DNA of 64,000 nt, from assembly GCF_006345805.1 (NCBI RefSeq), contig NC_043000.1:98580001-98644000 (forward strand). The letters run 5' to 3'. The position numbers were made by a program, and so were the translations under genes. Below the pieces are notes generated by a model. The model made no database searches. It was not told the DNA's origin and was given only the letters and a program-made list of their open reading frames with translations. This DNA comes from Octopus sinensis. Its lineage: Eukaryota. Below are positions 25,916-38,830 of this stretch, piece after piece. Each line of letters opens with the position of its first letter. Positions within the stretch are counted from its first letter, which is position 1.

Positions 25916-26960
25916 TAAGAAAGTTTGTTTGGTAAAGCACGTGGGTGAATATATAAGAAAATAGTTAAGAGTGAAAAAACGACAGAAAGCTTAAATGTTA
26001 AAAAATATATATATTTGTGTCAAAATGTCTGGGGAATATTGGAAAAATATTCTTTAGAAACAAAGAAGCCTTCACCATCATCACCCAGAATTTACCAATA
26101 CTTCATAAAAACCCAAAATTAAAGGAAATTCTAAACATACACCAAATCATTAAAAGCTACAAACAGCCTAAATCACTTAAAAAGATTCTCACAAAGGCAA
26201 AATTGTCTTCTAAAATTACGGATGCAAAAGTAAAAAAATGTGGTAGATCGAACTGTGCAACATGCCCTAACCTGCTAGAAGGATCAGAATTCCTCTTTAA
26301 AGAGGGACAAAAATTCAAGATCAAATCTAACTTTACTTGTGCCTCTGAAAACATAATTTATGTCATTAAATGCTCGGGCTGCCACCAAGACTACGTGGGT
26401 TCAACGGGACCATCACTCAGGCGTAGATGCACACTGCATCGACAACAGATTGCATTCCCAGAATATAGAATGATACCTTTTAGTGAGCACATTGAGAAAT
26501 GCGCAAAGCAACTACTGCCACAATTTTTAATCTTCCCATTTTACCAATGTGCTTTCGGATCATCAACACAAATGAGACTGAACAAGGAAATATTCTTCAT
26601 TGAAAAGTACAAACCCAGACTCAACCATCCGAACATACTGACACAGAGAAATTAACAAGGGAAAGGAAAAAAAATTTTAAGCGATTATCTCCCTTACACC
26701 GGAAGAAATCACTCACTACCTCCCCTTATTTAGAAATCTCCTGAAAATAAACACAACGATAACTTCATGCAATATAAACATAACGTCACAAGAAATTTGA
26801 AAAGCTACACGCGAAACCGGTATTTCTTTAAAAATTTTAAAATTATGTCATTTTAAGGTAAGGAAAAAATTTTTCCAATATTCTCCAGACATTTTGACAC
26901 AAATATATATATTTTTTAACATTTAAGCTTCTGTCGTTTTTTCACTCTTTACTATTTTCT

Positions 26961-26965
<5 letters not shown>
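25912..26965 (+). mobile_element. 5'-truncated Penelope-like element with an inverted pLTR fragment (25912-26052)
   Basis: 26055-26965 is nearly identical to 37141-38050 (GIY-YIG: NIIYVIKCSGCHQDYVGST). The leading segment is the reverse complement of the 3' terminus. Confidence 0.92.
26790..26828 (+). ncRNA. Minimal hammerhead, family 5 (U3-A8 variant), copy in the truncated element
   Basis: aagaaat-TTGAAAA-gc-tacac-gc-GAAA-ccgg-TA-tttctt. Confidence 0.65.
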
Positions 26966-27036
<71 letters not shown>

Positions 27037-27140
27037 GTGAAATAGAAAGATGAATAATCTTGTAGCAGATTAATCGAAAGTTTAACCGATACCTTGGTAG
27101 CAAAAATCACAGCAGAATGAAATAAAACACGTGTAGAATG

Positions 27141-27183
27141 AAATAAAACGATTTCTGTGCAATCTTCGTCAGCTCCATTTCTT
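27141..27183 (-). ncRNA. Putative minimal hammerhead, family 6
   Basis: gaaatggag-CTGACGA-agattgcaca-GAAA-tcg-TT-ttatttc. Stem II is poor. Confidence 0.4.
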
Positions 27184-27196
27184 CAATTCACCAATA

Positions 27197-27265
<69 letters not shown>

Positions 27266-27532
27266 GTATATTTTACACACACAGAACACACACACATGCA
27301 ATATAATATAAGTATTTTATTGAAGTGGAAATACTTCAATAAATACATACTATTTTACTCTACATTTCTTATTAGGACAATTTGGCATTAGTACTATTTT
27401 CTCTTACTTCTTTGTTCTCTGAATGATATAGGTGGAGTTATGACTTAGGCAGAGCTTGGCCCGCAACATCAAAATACCCAAAACACGCCGAATATTTATG
27501 CCGTCCCCTCCATACATCTCCATCAGACTCAT

Positions 27533-27614
27533 AACAACAACAACAACAACAACAACAACTACAGCTACAACAACAACAACAACAACAGCAGCAGCAGCAA
27601 CAACAACAACAGCA
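27533..27614. repeat. (CAA/CAG)n trinucleotide repeat
   Basis: Seen directly. Confidence 0.9.
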
Positions 27615-27671
27615 ATATAGATACATTCATGTTTTTATGTGCACATTCATACATATATTATTTATAATTAA

Positions 27672-28153
27672 CCCCCTGATGCCGGTATGTATTACTCGAA
27701 GCATGCGAGACACTGCTCCGGTTTTCTTATCTAATGAGGCCACACAAACAGACAAGTGCCAACGAGCTCGCGTCTATTTACGTTCACCGTTACAATAACA
27801 TAGCGTCGTACATTTACGTCTACCGGTATATGAAAACGAACTATGTGAAGCTATTTATTATAATATGATATGCACGAGTTATTCTGCTCAAGTTCAAAAA
27901 ATAGCTTGCATGTGGTACAACTCGAAACAAGGTATTATGCATGTAAAGTATCCGCATGTCATTGGTCTACTGCTAGTCTCATGACTTGAACGTAACCTAA
28001 AAGAACTCAGATAACGCACGGGACGGCGACCGCGCGCACCTCAAGAGATAAAGTACACGATAGCGAACGTAAATATACGTCAGCCGCTAAGAAGTCCGTG
28101 GTAGATGTAGGGCAGCTCTACATGGTATATTTACGTCAACCGTTGTCAAGGGG
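27672..28153. mobile_element. piggyBac-type MITE
   Basis: TTAA at 27668-71 and 28154-57, termini CCCCCTGA/TCAAGGGG, and subterminal atttacgt repeats. Confidence 0.55.
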
Positions 28154-28292
28154 TTAATTATAATAATCACGCTCAAAACCGAAAAAAAAAATGATGTCAT
28201 CCTTCCGTTGAAAGTATATTTCTATACAGCGTTCTCTCTGTGGAAAATAGCTAAATGAAACTATTTCGCTGTTATTTTACTATAATAATATA

Positions 28293-28495
28293 TATTTCTT
28301 TATTACCCACAAGGGGCTAAACATAGAGGGGACAAACAAGGGGATTAAGTCGATTACATCGACCCCAGTGATTAACTGGTACTCATTTAATAGACCCCGA
28401 AATAATGAAAGGCAAAGCCGACCTCGGCGGAATTTGAACTCTTCGCCCAGTGTGCTAACGCTTCTGCTAGCTCACCGCCTCGAGCAGGCAGAAAC
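28293..28495 (-). mobile_element. Internally deleted SINE family A with a 22-bp TSD
   Basis: gttattttactataataatata occurs at 28271-28292 and 28496-28517. Confidence 0.85.
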
Positions 28496-29271
28496 GTTAT
28501 TTTACTATAATAATATATTCATTGGTGCCTAAGTCAGTATCGCTCCCCGAATCTCCCAAATCCATTTGGGCAGAGTAGTAGTATTTCTCTTATATACACA
28601 TGTGACGAATGTCTTGTAAAATAATGGCTTGTTTCAACTTGCCTTCAACCATAACATGTAATGTTTCTGTTCAGTTAATTGGTGTGATATGGTTGTAGTC
28701 ACTTCGTCTTGATATTGCAATGTAGATTTAATTAGCTTATCGCAGTATTTCAACACGAGCCTATTGGTACGGCTAGGTTAGCAAGCTTAAGAGTGTTGAA
28801 GGCCTTCATATTGGAGCTCCACTTAAAGTTAACTTTAAGAGAGACAACAATGTTTTACTGGAAAATATCTGTTTATTAGATCTAAGAAATGCTTGCCAAC
28901 TTTTGACAACTTTCAAAAAGAAAAGACTTTAAAATAAAATGTCCTATGAGTACCGTATCTGATCTAGGAAGGCTGTGGGTTAGCAGTGTAGAAAATTTTC
29001 TCCTTGAAGGCACTGTTAGCTAAAGCATTGTCAGAGAATGGGAACGCCTCAGCGAAGATGTATTTAGAGGAGTACAGGGTGGATTTTCGAAGCTGAAGTA
29101 CACAGAACTAATTACGATAAGCAAAAAATTATTTTTAGAACGAAGCAGAACACATGTTATCGAGGCTGAAAATGTTGGTTTTCTGTAGCATGAAAACGCG
29201 TATATCTTGATGAAATCAAAATACTTTATGCGCTGTTTCACAATTCTTACCTCTGTCTTAATTGCAAATTC

Positions 29272-29313
<42 letters not shown>

Positions 29314-30049
29314 CACACACATGCACACACGTACACATACACACACGCACGCACACACACACACAAACATACACACGCACATACACACATATAACTCTTA
29401 AAGAATATTATTGACAATGACTTCGATACACATACACACACGTGTGTGTGTGTGTGTGTGCGTGTGTGTATGCGTGCGCGCGCGCGTGTGTATGTGTGTG
29501 TGTATGTTTGTGTGTGTGTGTGTGTGTGCCTGTGTGTGTGCGTGTGTGTGTGTGTGTAAAATAAATGCCTGATCAGTCAATGGAAAAATACAATCAATAT
29601 AGGAATAGTCTGCAATTCTGAGAACATTTAGTAGTTTCCGTTCACACTATAAACTTCTATTCTCTTTGTCCTTCAAATGGCTTCTCCTGCTTTCTTCTGA
29701 CACACACGTTTTCATATATCGCTACACACATCAACGTATGTTGTTACATTTCTCTAACTAGATATATCCAGAAAGTTTCCAGATATCGATCATACAAGCA
29801 TCGATACATACATACATACATACATAAATACATACATACATACATACGTACATACATACATACATGCATACATTACAACATATTCCATAGTGCCTGTCAG
29901 CTAAACTACATTGCTGGCTCAAGTAACTGACCACTGTCCCCCTACTACGACTATGGTAAATAGCAGGCACAACCGCAACGGTTATTGTAGTAGTAGTGGT
30001 AGTCAGGATTAAATGCCGGTGAAATGTGCCCTTAGTGAAATTTTCCGAG

Positions 30050-31562
30050 AAAAAATAACTTTGGCTTTGAAAGACTCTCTCGGGGAGAGAACATTCTCTA
30101 CCAAAGTAAGTAAAAAGAAAAAAAACTACCAGATACGGTATTAAAAGCTGTTAACGAAATTGGTGATGAATATTTACAACAGTGTGATGAACGCACATAC
30201 TGTCTATATGCGCTGACTACTACTGTAAAACATTACATGGATGGTATTCAAAAAGCAAACAAAACCGAAATAACAAAGAAAGTACCATCATGGGTTTTGA
30301 AGACAGAAAACAGATAACTGGTTTACGGAAGACCATCAATCATGTAATGATAATTTTGCATGCAAACAAGCAAATCACTATACGTCCCACCAACAAAAAA
30401 TAAAGGAGATAGAAATGATGTTTGGAGACAGCAAAAAGGAGACACTCACTTGCAAACTTATTACTTAAAAGCAGGAGCTAAAAGCTGTCAGAGAAAATCT
30501 CCGACATTAGAGGAGAATAACCGAGACAAGAACAATAAACCAAAAATTTAACTGCAACAAGGCCAGCAGTATACCGAGACATGAGAGGAGGGGCAATAAA
30601 TATCACGAAAGCTTCTGGAGGAAAATCTGGAGTGAAGAGAAGGAATTTAACCAAGATATACTGTGGCTGGAATAAATCCGAAAAAGTTATTGCTCCTGTG
30701 TTACATTCACGACATACAACATTGATGCTGAAACACTTGCAACTGCGATCCAGAAATTCCAGGAGGGAAAAGCACCTGAAAGAGACTTGATTGTTAGATA
30801 TTGGTACAAGAAGTTAACATTCTACCGACCATACATTATCAATCTGTACCTGCAAGCTTTCATAGGCAACAACAGCATACCACACTGGCTATCTCTGGCA
30901 GAGATTAAATTGATCCCCAAATGCGGAACCTACAAGGTAAAAAAACTACCGGCAGAACTTAATGTATAAGATATATACAGCATATTGAAACCTCTTCCTC
31001 CAAGACCATTATCATAGCAGAACAAGCAGCTGGGAAGAAGGGAGTCTGGGGATGTGCTGCACAATTGCCAATCAGCAAAACTGTGATGTCAGAGGTGTGA
31101 GAGCATAAGAGGAACCTAGTTTCAATGTGGCTAGATTACAAGAATGCTTTTGACTTTGTTCCCCATTCGTGGATTCTAGAAGCCCTTTAACTTGCTAAAG
31201 TTTCCGTGAGAATAGTCAAGGCCATAGCTGACTTGACTTCATCTTGGGCCACCGTCTTGAAATTAAACACAAAGAGTGACTGTATTATAACCGATAGAAT
31301 ACTATATCGTAAAGGCATATTCCAAGGAGACAGCCTCTCTGTGATGTTGTTCATACTTTCTGTAAATCCCTTGTCATTCATGTTAAGGAAGTCTGAAGGG
31401 TATTTCACTGTTTCACAAAGAAACAGAAATACCAAAATTACACACTGTTTCTTTGTGGATGACTTAAAACTTTATGCAAAGAACATGCATGAGATGAAAA
31501 AGAGCCTTGACCTTGTTACAACATTCTCAAAGGATGTAGGGTTGGAATTTGGTCAGGGTAAA
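30050..31562 (+). pseudogene. R4/Dong-like non-LTR retrotransposon RT remnant
   Basis: EQAAGKKGVWGC, WLDYKNAFDFVPHSW, GIFQGDSLS, THCFFVDDLKLYAK. Confidence 0.85.
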
Positions 31563-33285
31563 TGGGCTGCATCTGCTACAAACGTACTCTGAGCTAGGGT
31601 TGGTTGTTAGGAATACTTTCTTTCATCATAAGTTGAAGCAAAAAGTTACCTGTATTCACCCAAAATCACAGCAAGGTCACATGATTAACTTTGTATTAAC
31701 TCGGAAAGCTGACTTACAAGATTTGTGCAGTCTCAGGGTATTGCAAGGTGCTGTTTGTGATACTGATCATAAAATGGTTAGTGCTAAGTTCAAGTTCAGG
31801 ATCTGCAAGTACCAAAGAAAATTGATGTTGAACAGGTAAAATACCCAAAAGATTTGCAGTTAGCTCAGAACAGATGCAGCAATGTTCATTTTGATTCCAG
31901 CGTTATCGTGATAAATGAGCTTTTAGCAACAAAGCGGTCCACTCGTGAAACGTAAAAAACAAAGTGCAACTAGAAAAGTTGTACAGGTCTCAGAAGGCAG
32001 ACTTGCAAAAAGAACTCAAGAGGCTTAAAGACATTTGGTGGAGAAATTCGTCTTAGGATGTATAGGCGGTTCACGACAGGAAAGACATTAAAAGTATATA
32101 TAGTTTGTTGCGGCAAGCTTTAGGACCGTAATCTTCATCATATGTTCCCTTGAAGTCAAAAGATGGAAATGAAATTATTAAAGATCCTCCTGGAATAATG
32201 GATAGATGGAGAGAACACTTTGCAGATCTTTTCCACAGTCCTTCTTTAGTTAACATGGATATCATAAACAACATTCCGCAAAGAGAGATAGTGCAACACA
32301 TGAACGATACACCTGCCATTGAAGAAGTAAATCTGGCATTATGTAAACTGAGATCAGGTAAAGCTCCTGGATTGGATGGTATTCCAGTTGAAATTCTGAA
32401 AGCAGGTGGGGATCATATTTCAGCTGAAATTCATAGCCTGATGACGCGAGTTTGGAACGAATCTGTGCCACAGGGATAGACAAATGGCATTCTAATCTCT
32501 GTATACAAGAGGAAGGGCCAAGAAGCAGTGCGTGGTAATTCTAAAGAGAAAAATTCTTCTAGCACATACCGGGAAGATACTTTTCAGTATCAAGTTAGAT
32601 CGCCTCGTTGAGAATGCGTGTTCACATGTGATTCCTGAATAACAGTGTGGTTTCAGACCTGAGCGAGGCACAGTGGACATGATATTTTCTGCGAGGCAGG
32701 TTCAAGAGAAATGCTTAGAAGAACAAATGCCACTATACTAGGTTTTCATAGATTTAAGTTAGGCATTTGACACGGTAAACAGGGAGGTGCTGTGGATTGT
32801 TTTGTGTAAACTTGGTTGCCCAACACATTTTGTGAGCATCTTTAAGGAACTACACAGAAACATGAAAGCTCGGGTAGTCTATAATGGTGAGCTATCTCAA
32901 GAATTTTCAGTGGACAACGGTGTCAAACGGAAATATTCCTGCCCATATACGTTTCTCTTTTTATTTTGCATTGCATTGTTTTGCTATGCTTCCAAGGATT
33001 GCAACAGGAGAATCGGAATCATATTTCGGATATCTGGTCGCATTTTTAATCTGACCAGGCTTAACTGCAAAGCAAAAACTTTCAAAACACTTGTTAGAGA
33101 ATTACATTATGCTGATGATGCTGATTTGTTGGCAAACTCAGAGGTGGGGGTATGCAACATATAATGGACAGATTTCCCACTGTATGTGTACATTTCGGAC
33201 TCACAATAAGTCTTGGAAAAACCAAATTAATGTTTACTCCCGCGCCAGGGCAAACATTTTTGTAAACAGAACACGGTTAGGAGTC
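31563..33285 (+). pseudogene. RTE-BovB LINE remnant (APE end plus RT)
   Basis: NTFFHHK..TDHKMV, GKAPGLDGIP, QCGFRPERGTVDMIFSARQVQEKC, AFDTVNRE, YADD. Confidence 0.88.
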
Positions 33286-33373
33286 ATACATACATACACA
33301 CATACATACATGCACACATACATACATGCACACATACATAGATACATACATCTATGTACTCACACATACATGT

Positions 33374-33419
<46 letters not shown>

Positions 33420-33739
33420 CACACACACACACACATACACACACACACGTAATGTGAGCGAGAAGTGATCAGCACTGCAGAATATAGTTATTTGAAGTAG
33501 ATGAAATTCAATTCATTGCATCGGTATTTCGGACGTTCACACCCAAACATGAAAGAAAAAGGAGAGGACGGCAAAGATGAAATTGGGTTCGAACATGTAA
33601 TTGATGACGAAGTCAACCTTGCGGAGAGAATGATTTGGTAAATTCACACCTGCCGACCAACAGAGATGACCATCCACTTTTGGTGTGAAAACGCACTGAC
33701 TGAAGGTATTAAGAAACTAGTACAAACTCGAAGAATTTA

Positions 33740-33885
33740 ATCGGACAAATTGACTCCAGTACTTATTTTTGAAACCTGGTAATTTATTCTATCGTTCTCT
33801 TTCGCCGAACCACCGAGTTACAGAGACGTCAACAAACCAACACCGGTCACTAAACGGTAAAGTGGAACAAAGACAAGCATGAAGG

Positions 33886-33916
<31 letters not shown>

Positions 33917-34075
33917 ATGTATGTATGTATATGAAGGGCTTCTTTCAGTTTCCGTATACCAAATCCATTGAAGGCCGAGGCTATAGTTGAAGATTCTTGC
34001 CCAAGGTACCACAGAGTAGGATTGCTCCCAGAAACATCTGGTTGGGAAGCAAACTTTTTACCATACAGCAGCACC
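33740..34075 (-). mobile_element. Degenerate SINE family B (others near 15120-15830, 41160-41330, 50940-51330)
   Basis: Matches family B head and tail motifs. Confidence 0.7.
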
Positions 34076-34576
34076 TATATATATTATCACCATGACTTGC
34101 GGCCTTGCGTTTCGTGTTTCGCTTTTTGTATTTTTAAACATAGTACATCCATATAACTAGCTGATTTCTCACTGGCGTCAGTGGAGTTAATTAAGGATGC
34201 TGTCAAATGTAAAAAGCTTCTTAAAAACATTGTGGAAAAAAAATCTGAGATGTTCGAAGGAAGACAAAACATCTAAAATTTCAATGCTGTCTATTTCGTA
34301 AGCAAAAATTTGGCGAATGAACTCGTAAAACTAACTAAAAAAAAACTAATTTTAAATTAATTTATGGAGATGAGCAAAATAACAATTGAAGAAGAAATAT
34401 AATGACTTAGATACAGCACACTGTGTTTCGTACAAAGAATTTTTAGCAGAGAACTAATGAATATGAAAAAAATAAAGCAACTAAAAGGATAATACACACA
34501 CGCACACACACGTACGCATTCATCTACACATAGATACACACATATATACACAAATACACAAATATATACATATATG

Positions 34577-34612
<36 letters not shown>

Positions 34613-34821
34613 ACGAATATACATCTATCTATCTACCTCTGCCCTCTCTCCCCTTGTATGTCTCTGTGTGTCAGTCTGCCTGTCTCTCTCTCCCCCTCTC
34701 TCTCTCCCTATATAATATATATATATATATTATATATATATATATATATAATACATTGGATCATTGGAAGGATTCCTGTGAGAGAGAAGAGAGAATTCTA
34801 TCTACGCTGGGAGAAAAACAT

Positions 34822-35479
34822 GGACTTCTTCCAAAAATATAGTGAAACCTTCAAAAATGAATTGGGTACAAATAATCCCTTCCTTAAGAAAATTACAATA
34901 AATAAAAAAGAAAAACCTAACAACCCACGAACAACCCCCAACTATCCTCCATACACTAAAAACAGAAATCACCCACAACCAACCTTTACAAATCACGCTA
35001 GACTTAACAGGGAACTAGCTGACAGAGGACGCGTCTATGAAAGAAATTACACCAAAAACAGAACAAACCAACAACATCCTAATACCAGACCCAACCACCA
35101 TACAGCACAATACGACACTAGGATAAGAAATACACCACACACAAATCACTACTACCCCATGAACCAAAACTACTGGTCCCCACTAAACACAAGACAAACG
35201 CAAAGAAACACTATGTCAAGCAACATCCCACATACAAGAAGTTCGAAACAAAAATATTTCCCATACAGAAATTTTACACACACCACAAGCATTAACAACC
35301 ATAGATTCCCACACACACACAACGATCGGAGGCAACAATACCACCACTCCCCCGACCAAATACCACACAACCTCACAGACAACTCATACAAACAAAATTA
35401 CACCCAACATTTTTTAGCCAGGGACCAGGGACACCAGGACACAGGCTGGAACCTAGTAATAAGGAAAAACCGAAGATAA
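34822..35479 (+). CDS. Upstream N/T/H/Q-rich ORF of the Penelope-like element
   Basis: Open frame MDFFQKYSETF...QHFLARDQ...RKNRR* overlaps the RT frame by ~65 nt. Confidence 0.55.
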
Positions 35480-37740
35480 TCAATCTTTCAACCAAACCTC
35501 TTCTAACATAAAAATTGACATCCTCGCAAAAGGGCTCAAATTTACACCAACTCCACGCAGAGCAAACCTAAATGAACTCAAGGATAATATAACAGAATTT
35601 TGCAGAAAATTAAGACTAGCAGAAGCATCAAACAGTTTCAATACTGAAGATGAATCACTAGTCAAGAACAAAAGTGAACACATCCCACACAGAGGAAGAA
35701 ATAAAGATCTTGACGAATTCTGTAACCACATTGAGAACTTCCCCTACCATACTATACATAAACAGAAAGCTAACCCAAATTTTAACACTACACAATGGAA
35801 AGAACTGATAGAACTCCAAAATGATGAAGATATAACCATTAAGGAAGCGGACAAGGGAAATGCAGTTGTAATAATGGATACATCATACTACAGAAATCTT
35901 GTAATTTCCTTACTTGATGAAGACCTACATTATGAAAAAATTACCAACTACACCCCACAAAAAATAATGAAAACTCTATCTTCACTAATTAAAACCCATG
36001 AAAAGGAACTGACAACCAAAGAGATTGATTTCCTAACAAACTTTAAATGCAAACCTAGCCTTTTCTATGGTCTGCCAAAAGTTCATAAAAGTCAAATTAT
36101 AAATGAAACCATTAAAAAATCACCAAAGACATACATACACACACCTAATCCGGGGGACCTAAAACTACGACCCATTGTAGCTGGCCCAACCTGTGAAACA
36201 CACAGACTAAGTCTACTTATGGACATCCTCCTCAAACCCTTCCTTAAACATATCGATAGCCATATCAGAGATGACTTAGATATGTTAAACCACCTTCCAA
36301 AAAAAAACCAAGGAAGAAACAATCCTGGTTTCATTTGATGTAGTCAACTTGTATACCAGTATACCTCATAATTATGGACTGGAGGCAATACAGTTCTGGT
36401 TAGACCAATTTCCGGAAGAAATACCAAAAAGGATCAGTAAGGAATTCATTACTAAATCAATTGAATTCATCCTACACAATAACCACTTCATGTTTGACAA
36501 TACATTTTACCGTCAAAAATCCGGAATTGCTATGGGTACAAGGGCAGCACCAGTCATTGCGAACTTAACAATGGGATACATGGAAATAATCATTTACCAG
36601 GAATCTCTATCAATCTTTGGAAACTCCCTCTCTCAATACATAAAAGAGAATTGGAAACGATTCCTAGACGATTGTTTCATTCTCTGGAATGAAAACATAG
36701 ATAAACTCCTAAAATTTAAAAACCTATTGAACAGCATAAACCCAAATATACAGTTCACAATGGAATACAACCAAAAGGAGCTCCCGTTCTTGGATATACT
36801 AATTAAAAAAATTAACCTTAAAATAGAAACAGACATTTTTTACAAAGCCACAGACGCCAAACAATACCTTCTTTTTAATTCATGCCACCCAAGACACACT
36901 AAAACAAACATCCCCTTCAACCTTGCAAGAAGGATATGCACAATAGTGTCAGAACAAAATACCAGGAACTTTAGACTGCAAGAACTCAAAAACACCCTAA
37001 TTGATAGACATTACCCAGCTCAACTCATAGAGGATGGGATCAGACGTGCAACAGAAATCAACATAGAAACTTTAAGAAAAGTTCAACACAACAACACACC
37101 TTCCCCGAAAATACTACCTTACATATCTACATACAACCCCAGAAACAAAGAAGCCTTCACCATCATCACCCAGAATTTACCAATACTTCATAAAAACCCA
37201 AAATTAAAGGAAATTCTAAACATACACCAAATCATTAAAAGCTACAAACAGCCTAAATCACTTAAAAAGATTCTCACAAAGGCAAAATTGTCTTCTAAAA
37301 TTACGGATGCAAAAGTAAAAAAATGTGGTAGATCGAACTGTGCAACATGTCCTAACCTATTGGAAGGATCAGAATTCTTCTTTAAAGAGGGACAGAAATT
37401 CAAGATCAAATCTAACTTTACTTGTGCCTCTGAAAACATAATTTATGTTATTAAATGCTCGGGCTGCCACCAAGACTACGTGGGTTCAACGGGACTATCA
37501 CTCAGGCGTAGATGCACACTGCATCGACAACAGATTGCATTCCCAGAATATAGAATGATACCTTTTAGTGAGCACATTGAGAAATGCGCAAAGCAAATAC
37601 TGCCACAATTTTTAATCTTCCCATTTTACCAATGTGCTTTCGGATCATCAACACAAATGAGACTGAACAAGGAAACATTCTTCATTGAAAAGTACAAACC
37701 CAGACTCAACCATCCGAACATACTGACACAGAGAAATTAA
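35410..37740 (+). CDS. Penelope RT-GIY-YIG polyprotein with two apparent 1-nt frameshifts (~35500 and the A-run at ~36300)
   Basis: ORF track 35874-36338 and 36349-37740, plus the upstream NLS/GLKFTPTP segment. Confidence 0.88.
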
Positions 37741-37877
37741 CAAGGAAAAAGGGAAAAAAAATTTTTAAGCGATTATCTCCCTCACACCGGAAGAAATCAC
37801 TCACTACCTCCCCTTATTTAGAAATCTCCTGTCAATAAACACAACGATAGCTCCATGCAATATAAACATAACGTCAC

Positions 37878-37917
37878 AAGAAATTTGAAAAGCTACACGC
37901 GAAACCGGTAATTTCTT
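37878..37917 (+). ncRNA. Minimal hammerhead, family 5 (U3-A8 variant), in the Penelope 3' pLTR
   Basis: aagaaat-TTGAAAA-gc-tacac-gc-GAAA-ccgg-TA-atttctt. 7-bp stem I and palindromic ACCGGT stem III. Confidence 0.78.
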
Positions 37918-38199
37918 TAAAAATTTTAAAATTATGTCATTTTAAGGAAAGGAAAAAAATTTTTCCAATATTCTCCAGACATTTTGACACAAATATATAT
38001 ATTTTTTAACATTTAAGCCTTCTGTCGTTTTTTCACACTTTACTATTTTCTTATATATTCACCCACGTGCTTTACCAACAAACTTTCTTATCTATATATA
38101 TATATAATATATATATATAATATATATATATATATATACACGTAAGCATACATTTATATGCAAGTGCATGTATATATGCATTATATGTTTTAAGAAACA

Positions 38200-38830
38200 G
38201 AGAACAATCTTGAAATAAGAGTCGATACAGATGTGTACCCGAGGAGCATTATTAAATTCTATTCATCTGAAGAGCAAATTGAAATAAATGGACCAGTTCA
38301 CTGAGAAGGTGGTGCATGGGTACTTGGCACGAAAGACCCAAGCCATAGAAAGAATAAATCACCTACAAGCTTGATATAGGCAATTGGCAAGTTTATGATA
38401 TTCTGCTTTGAATGTTACTCGTATGCAATTCATTAGCATCCTCAACAACTACCCGCAGCATAAAAGACAGAAAACATTAACGGACAACAAATGTAGGCTT
38501 TGCAAAATCAAAATTAAAGATATTAACCACATTATTGTCACCGCGAAAGCTTGTCTTCTAGATACTATCTTCCCATGAGGCACAATGCAGTAGTCAGAAC
38601 TATCTAGGACAGGATAAGCAGGAAAAATACCAACTGACGAAGATGAGTTTATTAAAAAAGCGATGTATTAAAGACTATTGGTGGAACTAAACAAATTAAA
38701 ACAGCCACCAAGTTAAAGTACAATTGGCCAGATGTGTGAGACTATAAGAAAAATATACTCTATTGTGGAAATCAATGTAGTCAGAAAAAGGACGCCTATG
38801 GACAACTGACAAGTGTTTAGAAATGTAGCA
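38200..38830 (+). pseudogene. R4/Dong-like LINE C-terminal (CCHC / RLE) remnant
   Basis: EKVVHGYL, CRLCKIKIKDINHI, RYYLPMRHNAVVRTI, YWWN, KTATKLKYNWPD. Confidence 0.7.

Larger units (their letters stand above)
34755..38093 (+). mobile_element. Near full-length Penelope-like element (RT + GIY-YIG endonuclease) inserted in (TA)n
   Basis: Motifs IINLS..LAKGLKFTPTP, IKEADKGNAVV, FYGLPKVHK, LRPIV, SFDVVNLYTSIP, GIAMGTRAAP, RFLDDCF, LPFLDI and a GIY-YIG domain. Hammerhead in the 3' pLTR. TA flanks. Confidence 0.95.

Noticed and set aside
27438-27626. Poly-Cys ORF / polyQ tract
   Set aside because: Simple (CAA/CAG)n repeat with no flanking coding context.
38267-38295. CTGAAGA...GAAA motif
   Set aside because: No stems I or III; it lies within a degraded LINE coding remnant.
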